The notes beneath the pieces are model-generated. The model saw only the letters and a list, made by a program, of their open reading frames with translations, ran no database searches and was not told the origin of the DNA. Shown here piece by piece: positions 57,131 through 64,000 of a stretch of DNA of 64,000 nt. The translations under genes and the position numbers were made by a program. Position 1 is the stretch's first letter, and every line of letters starts with the position of its first letter. The stretch spans positions 17,473-81,472 of the forward strand of contig CAZVLU010000009.1 in the NCBI GenBank assembly GCA_964628235.1. Direction: 5' to 3'. The stretch is from an uncultured Rhizobium sp. (GTDB lineage Bacteria; Pseudomonadota; Alphaproteobacteria; SMXQ01).

Positions 57131-58273
57131 TCAGACGCCCTTCTTGAAATCGGCGAGCGCCGCGACGACGGCTTTCATTTCGTCCTCTAGCCCGATGGTG
57201 ATGCGCAAGCTATCGGGCAGGCCGTATTTCGGCACTTGGCGCACGATGATGCCGCGCGCGGTGAGGAATTTGTCGGCGGCGTCTGCCGTCGCCGCATTGG
57301 CGAAGCGCACCAACACGAAATTGCCGACGCTCGGCGCGACGCGATAATTCAGCTTGGTCAGCTCATCGGTCAGCCAGATGCGCCAGCGCTCGTTGTGGTC
57401 GCGCGCTTGGCTCATGAAAGCGACGTCCTCGACGGCGGCGATGCCGGCGGCTTGCGTCGCCGACCCGACGTTGAACGGCATGCGGATGCGGTTGAGATGG
57501 TCGATCATGCGCGCCGGCGCGTAGGCCCAGCCGAGCCGCAAGCCGCCCATGGCGTAAATCTTCGAGAAGGTGCGCGTCATGATGACGTTGTCGCCCTTGC
57601 CGACCGAGGCGTCGACCAGCTCGACGCCCGCCTCGTAATCGTTGGCGGTGACGAATTCGGCATAAGCCGCATCGATCACCAGCACGACATTGTCGGCCAA
57701 GCCGGCGCGCAGCCGCGTCATCTCTGCATTCGACAGATAGCTGCCGGTCGGGTTGTTCGGATTGGAGATGTACACCAGCTTGGTGCGCGGCGTGACCTTG
57801 GCCAACAGCTTGTCGACATCGGCCGTGAGATTCGTCTCGCCCGCCGTCACCGGCAGGGCGCCGACCGAATGGGCGGCGATCGGATAGATCAAAAAGCCAT
57901 GCTCGGAGTAAAGCACTTCGTCGCCGGGGCCGGCATAGGCGCGCGCCAACAGGCCGAGAATCTCGTCCGAGCCGGCGCCGCAGATGATGCGGTCGGGATC
58001 GAGGCCATGGCGCGCGCCGATGGCTTCGCGCAGCGCAATCGCGCCGCCGTCGGGGTAGCGATGCATGCTGGCGGCAGCGGCGTTGTAAGCCGCGACGGCG
58101 CGCGGGCTGGGCCCGAGCGCGCTTTCGTTCGACGACAGCTTGATGGGATTGGCGTTGCCGGCAATCTTCGACTTGCCGCCGACATAAGCTTCGATGGCGT
58201 CGATGCCGGGTCTTAACTCAGGGGCGCGCAGCACTGGGCCGCGCGCGACCAGATCGGTCCTGTCGTCGCTCAT
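57131..58273 (-). CDS. hisC: Histidinol-phosphate aminotransferase
   Basis: Class-II aminotransferase with PLP-Lys in TFSKIYAMGGLRLGW. 380 aa, trimmed from 600-aa ORF to ATG 58273. Confidence 0.9.
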   Translation of the reverse strand: MSDDRTDLVARGPVLRAPELRPGIDAIEAYVGGKSKIAGNANPIKLSSNESALGPSPRAVAAYNAAAASMHRYPDGGAIALREAIGARHGLDPDRIICGAGSDEILGLLARAYAGPGDEVLYSEHGFLIYPIAAHSVGALPVTAGETNLTADVDKLLAKVTPRTKLVYISNPNNPTGSYLSNAEMTRLRAGLADNVVLVIDAAYAEFVTANDYEAGVELVDASVGKGDNVIMTRTFSKIYAMGGLRLGWAYAPARMIDHLNRIRMPFNVGSATQAAGIAAVEDVAFMSQARDHNERWRIWLTDELTKLNYRVAPSVGNFVLVRFANAATADAADKFLTARGIIVRQVPKYGLPDSLRITIGLEDEMKAVVAALADFKKGV

Positions 58274-59187
58274 TGGCGCTGTCCGACGCTCTTGCGCGGG
58301 GCGCTTTCTTCGTCCGACAGGGTGGCGGCATAAGCGCCGAGCACGGCGAGGCGGGCGAGCGACGCGCCGAGGCCGGCGGAGAGCTGGGCGAGCCGGCCAT
58401 CCGACAATTCGACGAAGCCGTCGATCTCCGCGAGATAGCGCCGCGCCCCGCTGCGCCCCTCGTCGACGATGACGACCGGCGGCAGCCCGGCGGCGGACAA
58501 GGCAGAGGTCAGTCGAGTGCGGCTCATATCCTCGGAAACTTCGATGGCGAGCAGCGAACGGTCCTCGCCGGTCGCTTCCGGCGCGACGCGGGCGATGGCG
58601 ACGGCGCCGAGCGCGCCGCGGTCGATCGTCGGCTCGAAGAACGGCAGGCGGGCGAAAACGCGCGGCTCGTCCGGCCCGGCGCCGATCAGCATCGGCCACC
58701 AGGGGGCAGTCTCGCCCTGTTCCGGGAACGGCAGCACGCCGACCGTGGCGCGGCCTTCGCTGACCTCGCGCATAACCTGCGAAACGCCCTGGCAGGCGAT
58801 CATCGGGGTGGTGGCGCCATAATAGTCGCGCGCCAGGTCCCATAGGCCAGGCGGGGTGTCCGGTCCGCCCGACAGCACGGCGACCGAAAAGGGCCCCTGC
58901 AGGCGCAGCAGCGACGACATGATCTCGCGCCACAGCCGCACGAGGGACTGGACGGGGAACGGGCCGCTATGGCGGCGCACCAGGCGGCGCAGCACCAGGG
59001 CCTCGCGGCCCGGGCGGAGATATAGGGCCGAGGGCTTGGCGCTACCCGGCACGGCGGCAGGGTCCAGCTTGGCCTGGCCGATCTGCTCGGCGAGGGCAGC
59101 GCGGCGCATCAGCAGATCGTGGATCGCGTTATCGATCCCGTCGATCTCCGCGCGCAGACCGTCGAGGGGCGTTTTGCCGTCGCTCAT
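58270..59187 (-). CDS. Chorismate mutase (AroQ-type N-terminal domain) with prephenate-dehydratase-like C-terminal region
   Basis: LDGLRAEIDGIDNAIHDLLMRRAALAEQIG is the AroQ helix-1 signature. Conserved hisC-tyrC neighbourhood. Confidence 0.7.
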   Translation of the reverse strand: MSDGKTPLDGLRAEIDGIDNAIHDLLMRRAALAEQIGQAKLDPAAVPGSAKPSALYLRPGREALVLRRLVRRHSGPFPVQSLVRLWREIMSSLLRLQGPFSVAVLSGGPDTPPGLWDLARDYYGATTPMIACQGVSQVMREVSEGRATVGVLPFPEQGETAPWWPMLIGAGPDEPRVFARLPFFEPTIDRGALGAVAIARVAPEATGEDRSLLAIEVSEDMSRTRLTSALSAAGLPPVVIVDEGRSGARRYLAEIDGFVELSDGRLAQLSAGLGASLARLAVLGAYAATLSDEESAPRKSVGQRQ

Positions 59188-59381
59188 GGGGGGCTAAAAC
59201 CGTGGAAAAAGGGGCATAATTCATAGTCCTAGCGGGTTGCAAAATCAAAGAAAACATTGACAGTCCAAGCCCCGGACCCTAGCTATCACAACCGATGAAA
59301 CCGCCTGGCCGGGCCGGTTTTTGGCGGCCCCAATCGGGCGTCACACCCTCCCGGCGCCCGGAAAAGCCGGGGTCAGCGAAG

Positions 59382-60566
59382 ATGAGCATCCCGCACAGCC
59401 AAGACAGCAGCGAGACCGCCGCGCACGGCGACGCAGCCCCCCAGACGGGGCATCGCGTCGTGCTGGGCGCGCCGACGCCGATGAAGCTCGACAGCGGCCT
59501 CGATCTCGCCGGCTTCACCCTCGCCTACCAGACCTACGGCAGGCTCAACGCCGCGCGCTCGAACGCCATCTTGGTGTGCCATGCCCTGACCGGCGACCAA
59601 TTCGCCGCCGGCCTGCATCCGGTGACCGGCAAGCGCGGCTGGTGGGACAACGCCATCGGCCCGGGCAAGCCGCTCGACACCGACAAATATTTCATCATCT
59701 GCTCGAACATCCTGGGCGGCTGCATGGGCACCATCGGGCCCAAGGAGATCAATCCGGCGACCGGCAAGCCCTTCAGCCTCGCCTTCCCGGTCATCACCAT
59801 CGGCGACATGGTCAAGGCGCAAAAGCTGCTGATCGACCAGCTCGGCATCGATCAATTGTTCTGCGTCATCGGCGGCTCGATGGGCGGCATGCAAGTGCTC
59901 GATTGGGCGGCGCGCTACCCCGAGCGGCTGTTTGCCGCCATCCCCATCGCCACGGCGGCGCGCTGCTCGGCGCAGAACATCGCCTTTCACGAAGTCGGCC
60001 GCCAAGCGATCATGGCCGATCCGGAGTGGCGCGGCGGCGATTACCTTGCCCAGAACACGCGGCCGGAGCGCGGATTGGCCGTGGCGCGCATGAGCGCACA
60101 TATCACTTACTTGTCGGAAGCCGCCCTGCACCGCAAATTCGGCCGTTCGCTGCAAGATCGCCAAGCCGTAACCTACGGATTCGACGCCGATTTCCAGGTC
60201 GAGAGCTATCTGCGCCACCAAGGCATCACTTTCGTCGACCGCTTCGACGCGAACTCCTATCTCTACATCACGCGCGCTATCGATTACTTCGACATGGCGA
60301 GCGAGCATGGCTCGGTGGCCGAAGCCTTCAAGGGCACCAAGCTGCGGTTCTGCGTGCTGTCTTTCTCGAGCGACTGGATGTTTCCGACCTACGAGAGCCG
60401 GGCGCTGGTGCATGGGTTGAATGCCGCCGCCGCCAACGTCAGCTTCGTCGAGATCCAGACCGACCAGGGCCATGATTCGTTCCTGCTCGACATTCCCGAC
60501 TATCACCGCACGCTGACCGGCTTTCTTAACGGCGCGGCGGCGCACCGGGGACTCGTTAGCAAATGA
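59382..60566 (+). CDS. metX: Homoserine O-acetyltransferase MetX
   Basis: Alpha/beta hydrolase with nucleophile GGSMGG, Asp and His regions (...[10 protein letters not shown]). Start ATG 59382 (MSIPHSQ). Confidence 0.9.
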   Translation: MSIPHSQDSSETAAHGDAAPQTGHRVVLGAPTPMKLDSGLDLAGFTLAYQTYGRLNAARSNAILVCHALTGDQFAAGLHPVTGKRGWWDNAIGPGKPLDTDKYFIICSNILGGCMGTIGPKEINPATGKPFSLAFPVITIGDMVKAQKLLIDQLGIDQLFCVIGGSMGGMQVLDWAARYPERLFAAIPIATAARCSAQNIAFHEVGRQAIMADPEWRGGDYLAQNTRPERGLAVARMSAHITYLSEAALHRKFGRSLQDRQAVTYGFDADFQVESYLRHQGITFVDRFDANSYLYITRAIDYFDMASEHGSVAEAFKGTKLRFCVLSFSSDWMFPTYESRALVHGLNAAAANVSFVEIQTDQGHDSFLLDIPDYHRTLTGFLNGAAAHRGLVSK

Positions 60567-61192
60567 CCCTGCCGAGCCTGCCGAAAGTTCATGGCCGCAT
60601 CCGCGCCGACCTGCAGCTCGTTGCCGACTTGGTCGCGCCGAACGCGCGCGTGCTCGATGTCGGCTGCGGCGAAGGCGCGCTGCTGCACCATCTGGCGCAG
60701 ACCAAGAACGTCGACGCGCGCGGCATCGAACTGCGCCAGGAAGGCGTGAACGCTTGCGTGCAGCAAGGCCTGTCGGTTGTGCAAGGCAACGCCGAGACCG
60801 ACTTGAAGGACTATCCGTCCGACGCCTTCGACTATGTGATACTCAGCCAGACGTTGCAGGCGATGCGCGATCCGCGCGGCATCCTCGCCGAGCTGCTGCG
60901 CATCGGCAAACACGCCATCATCTCGTTCGACAATTTCGGTTATTGGGCCATGCGTCTCGGCCTGATGTTCGACGGCCGCGTGCCGGTCGCCGACGGCACC
61001 CGCCATAAATGGTACGACACCGCCAATATCCGGCCCTGCACGATCGGCGATTTCCTGACGCTGTGCGGCGATCTCGGCATCGAGCCCGAGCGTTGCTTCA
61101 CCGTGCATGGCGGCGGCCGCACCCGCGAGGTCGCGCCCGACAGTTGGCGCGCCCGCCTCACCGCCCGTCAGGCGGTCTTTCTGCTGAAGTGA
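60563..61192 (+). CDS. metW: Methionine biosynthesis protein MetW
   Basis: ATGA overlap with metX. SAM-binding [12 protein letters not shown]. Conserved MetW sequence. Confidence 0.85.
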   Translation: MTLPSLPKVHGRIRADLQLVADLVAPNARVLDVGCGEGALLHHLAQTKNVDARGIELRQEGVNACVQQGLSVVQGNAETDLKDYPSDAFDYVILSQTLQAMRDPRGILAELLRIGKHAIISFDNFGYWAMRLGLMFDGRVPVADGTRHKWYDTANIRPCTIGDFLTLCGDLGIEPERCFTVHGGGRTREVAPDSWRARLTARQAVFLLK

Positions 61193-61961
61193 TCTCGCGG
61201 CGGTCCAACAGGCCAGGACATGCGTCCCGGCGGGGCTGTCCATTAGATAGCGGCGCGAAGACGCGAGACTTGCGCCGCGCGCGCGCCGGCTCGGCGAAAC
61301 CGCTCGGCGCATAGATCTGTTTCACCGCTTCGACCATCACCACGCCGGCAAAGCTGGGAAACCAGCGCAAGCCGAGCTTTTCCCAGGCCGGCGCCGAGGC
61401 GATCATCATGCGCGACTGGCTCGGCGGCACAAACAGCGCGCCGGTGGTGACGACCGGCGTGAATAGGCTGTCGCGCAGCAAGCGCGAGAGCTGGCCGGCG
61501 CTGTAGGGCGAGCCCTGGCCGAACGGCGTGCGGTCGAGCTGCGCCCACAAACTGCGTCGATTGGGCACGACGACGATCATCCGCCCGCCCGCCGCCAGCA
61601 CACGCCAGGCTTCGCGCAGCATCGGGCGCAACTGTTCGGTCTGTTCCACGGCATGGATCAGCAGCACGCGGTCCATCGACAGATCGGGCAACGGCAATTC
61701 CGCCTCGTCGGCCAGCAGCGCCTGGTTCTGGCTGGCAGACGGCCAATGCAGCACCCCTTGCGCCGGCGGCATGGCGGCGATGACGCGATCGGCTTCGTCC
61801 ATGAAGGGGCGCAGGTAGGGCACCGCGTAGCCGAGACCGAGGACGCGCTGGCCGTGGACGTCGGGCCAAATGTCGCGCAGACGGCGGCGCAGCATCCGGC
61901 TTACCGCCTGGCCGAGGCTGGTGGCGTAGAAATCGCGCAAATCGATGACATCGGTCCACAT
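61158..61961 (-). CDS. Class I SAM-dependent methyltransferase-like protein
   Basis: VLGLGYAVPYL / RVLLIHAVE regions. 3' end overlaps metW by ~35 nt (convergent). Start ATG 61961. Confidence 0.6.
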   Translation of the reverse strand: MWTDVIDLRDFYATSLGQAVSRMLRRRLRDIWPDVHGQRVLGLGYAVPYLRPFMDEADRVIAAMPPAQGVLHWPSASQNQALLADEAELPLPDLSMDRVLLIHAVEQTEQLRPMLREAWRVLAAGGRMIVVVPNRRSLWAQLDRTPFGQGSPYSAGQLSRLLRDSLFTPVVTTGALFVPPSQSRMMIASAPAWEKLGLRWFPSFAGVVMVEAVKQIYAPSGFAEPARARRKSRVFAPLSNGQPRRDACPGLLDRREITSAERPPDGR

Positions 61962-62005
61962 GGCGGAAGAGTAGCATAGCGCGGGCCGCATGGTATTCTC
62001 ACGCT

Positions 62006-62773
62006 ATGCTCGACATTCGCCGCATCCCCGCCCTGACCGACAATTATCTGTGGCTCGTCCGCGAGCCGGCAAGCGGCATGGTCGCCGTGGTCGATCCCGC
62101 CGAAGCGGAGCCGATCGACGCGGCGCTTGCCATGCTCGGCTGGCGCCTCACGCATATTCTCAACACGCACCACCACAAGGATCACGTCGGCGGCAACATC
62201 GCGCTGAAAGCGGCGTGGAACGCCACCGTCGTCGGTCCGGCGGCCGACGCAGACCGCATTCCCGGCATCGATATCGAGGTCGGCGACGGCGAGACCTATC
62301 GCTTCGGCGAAGAGAGCGCCGAAGTGTTCGACGTGCCGGGCCACACGCGCGGCCATATCGCCTTCTGGTTTCCCGACAGCGACGCGCTGTTCTGCGGCGA
62401 CACCTTGTTCGCGCTCGGCTGCGGCCGGCTGTTCGAAGGCACGCCGGCGCAGATGTGGACGTCCCTCGGCAAGTTCGGCCCGCTGCCCGACGAGACGCGG
62501 GTGTTTTGCGCCCATGAATATACCCAGTCGAATGCCCGCTTCGCGCTCACAGTCGATGGCGGGAACGCAGCCCTCGTCGCCCGCGCCCGCGCCGTCGACG
62601 AAGCGCGCGCCAAAGGCCAAGCCACTGTCCCCTCGACGCTCGGCGAGGAACGCGCCACCAACCCGTTCCTGCGCGCCGATGACAGCGAATTGGCGAAGAA
62701 TCTCGGCCTCGACGCGCGCGATCCCGTCGCCGTCTTCGCCGAAATCCGTCAGCGTAAAGATCACTTCAAATAA
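62006..62773 (+). CDS. gloB: Hydroxyacylglutathione hydrolase (glyoxalase II)
   Basis: Metallo-beta-lactamase motif THHHKDHVGG, DVPGHTRGH, CGDTLF, HEYT. Confidence 0.88.
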   Translation: MLDIRRIPALTDNYLWLVREPASGMVAVVDPAEAEPIDAALAMLGWRLTHILNTHHHKDHVGGNIALKAAWNATVVGPAADADRIPGIDIEVGDGETYRFGEESAEVFDVPGHTRGHIAFWFPDSDALFCGDTLFALGCGRLFEGTPAQMWTSLGKFGPLPDETRVFCAHEYTQSNARFALTVDGGNAALVARARAVDEARAKGQATVPSTLGEERATNPFLRADDSELAKNLGLDARDPVAVFAEIRQRKDHFK

Positions 62774-62798
62774 GACTCATATCGACCAGGGGAGCCCC

Positions 62799-63401
62799 AT
62801 GAAACTGTTTTATTCGCCGTCGTCGCCCTATGTCCGCATGGCCCACACCGTCGCGATCCTCAAGGGGCTCGACGGCAAACTGGAAAAGCCGCCGGCGCGC
62901 GAAGCCGGCGTCAATCTCGACAAGCTCAATCCGCTCAACAAAATTCCGACGCTGCTCACCGACGAAGGCGAGACGCTGATCGAGTCGCGCTTGATCTGCC
63001 AATATTTTGACGAGGTCGGTAGCGGCCCGAAGCTTTACGGCCAAGACCCGCAGACGCGCCGCCGGGTTTTGCAGCAGGAAGCTCTCGGCCATGGCGTGCT
63101 CGACGCCGCCGTGCTCTGCCGCATGGAAGAGCGCATACGCAAACCGGAGATGCGCTCCGCCGAATGGATCGAGCGCCAGAAGAGCAAGATCGAACTCGGC
63201 TTCGCCGCCATCGAAACCATCGTCGGCCAGCTCGGCCCGTCGCTCGGCGTGCCGCATGTGACGTTCGCCTGCATGCTGTTCTTCATCGAGCAGCATAAGA
63301 TTTACGAAGGCTGGCGCGAAGCGTTCCCCAAGCTTGCCGCTTGGTATGACGCCGTGCGCAAGCAGGCGGCACTGGTCGCGACCGAGCCGAAGCTCGGCTG
63401 A
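62799..63401 (+). CDS. Glutathione S-transferase family protein
   Basis: MKLFYSPSSPYVRMA...IPTL GST N-terminal thioredoxin-like domain plus helical C-domain. Confidence 0.78.
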   Translation: MKLFYSPSSPYVRMAHTVAILKGLDGKLEKPPAREAGVNLDKLNPLNKIPTLLTDEGETLIESRLICQYFDEVGSGPKLYGQDPQTRRRVLQQEALGHGVLDAAVLCRMEERIRKPEMRSAEWIERQKSKIELGFAAIETIVGQLGPSLGVPHVTFACMLFFIEQHKIYEGWREAFPKLAAWYDAVRKQAALVATEPKLG

Positions 63402-63403
63402 GC

Positions 63404-63832
63404 ATGGCCGAGAGCGAGGCTGACGCCATCATCGCGGCCCTCGGCCTCGCGCCGCATCCCGAAGGCGGTTCTTTTCGCGAAACGTGGCGCGACCCCTCCG
63501 TGCCGCGCGGCCATGGCACGGCGATCTACTATCTGCTGAAAGCCGGAGAAGTCTCGCGCTGGCATCGCGTCGATGCCGCCGAGATCTGGCATTACTATGC
63601 CGGCGCGCCCCTGGCCCTCAGCATCGCCGCGCCGAACGACAAGCCCACGCTCTATCGTCTCGGGCCCGACATCGCCGCTGGCGAACGCCCGCAAATTCTG
63701 GTGCCGCCGAAACATTGGCAGAGCGCGCAGAGCGAGGGCGACTGGACATTGGTCGGCTGCACCGTCTCGCCGGCCTTCGAATTCGCCGGCTTCGAGATGG
63801 CCGCTCCTGAGTGGGAGCCGAACACGGCTTAG
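63404..63832 (+). CDS. Cupin (DUF985-like) domain protein
   Basis: 142 aa. PHPEGGSFRETWR...WHRVDAAEIWHYYAG are cupin barrel motifs. Confidence 0.68.
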   Translation: MAESEADAIIAALGLAPHPEGGSFRETWRDPSVPRGHGTAIYYLLKAGEVSRWHRVDAAEIWHYYAGAPLALSIAAPNDKPTLYRLGPDIAAGERPQILVPPKHWQSAQSEGDWTLVGCTVSPAFEFAGFEMAAPEWEPNTA

Positions 63833-64000
63833 GCCTTCGCGCACCAGTCGCGCCACAGCGCGCGATAGGCGTCTTCCAGCGACCGCGTGAAGCCGGCAGC
63901 GTCCATCAGCGGCGAGGCTTCGACGCGGGCGCGCATGCCGGCGCGCAACTCGGCGAGGCGCGCGCGGTCGGCGGCGAGCTTCGCGGCAATCGCCACGTAA
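63830..64000 (-). CDS. C-terminal fragment of a TPR / O-GlcNAc-transferase-like (GT41) protein (gene continues beyond window)
   Basis: Minus-strand frame ending TAA at 63830-63832 encodes ...YVAIAAKLAADRARLAELRAGMRARVEASPLMDAAGFTRSLEDAYRALWRDWCAKA. Not in ORF track because <60 aa in window. Confidence 0.4.

Overview
This is a high-GC (~65-70%) chromosomal segment that looks alphaproteobacterial (Rhizobiales / methylotroph-like), densely packed with core metabolic genes on both strands. The taxonomic placement is inference from composition and gene content.

**Main content, in order:**
- A complete C-P lyase phosphonate locus in an unusual split layout: phnC(partial)-phnD-phnE-GNAT-phnN; then DUF1045-phnL-K-J-I-H-G on the opposite strand; the divergent regulator phnF; a second PhnCDE-like transporter with a PPOX-like flavoprotein gene; and a displaced phnM behind a Pho-box-like repeat.
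- An RsmB-like methyltransferase.
- A ygiQ radical-SAM gene broken by an in-frame amber codon.
- tRNA-Leu(CAA).
- A four-gene amidoligase/peptide-modification cluster (circularly permuted ATP-grasp, alpha-E, transglutaminase-like, Anbu proteasome-type peptidase).
- Housekeeping and metabolic genes: dsbB-coq7, nfeD-SPFH, HNH endonuclease, esterase, NUDIX, acyl-CoA dehydrogenase / hbd / PduO adenosyltransferase, tlpA, argH-lysA, a 900-aa Q-rich DUF4175 protein, cpdR-like response regulator, ftsEX, plsC, sulfate ABC transporter cysA-sbp-cysTW, class II RNR nrdJ, chaC-like, exoD, tyrC-hisC-chorismate mutase, metXW, gloB, GST.

**Best candidates for novel or acquired content:**
- A ~1.8 kb cassette at ~48.96-50.76 kb with three tightly coupled ORFs of unknown function, wedged between cysW and nrdJ. 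Its low GC is judged by eye.
- A ~1.1 kb islet at ~14.5-15.6 kb carrying a single acidic hypothetical ORF, also low-GC by eye.

**Other features:** a ~105-bp REP-like double-hairpin palindromic element occurs three times, each time between convergent genes. No CRISPR array, transposase or integrase was seen. Raw-sequence coordinates I derived by hand may be off by +/-1.
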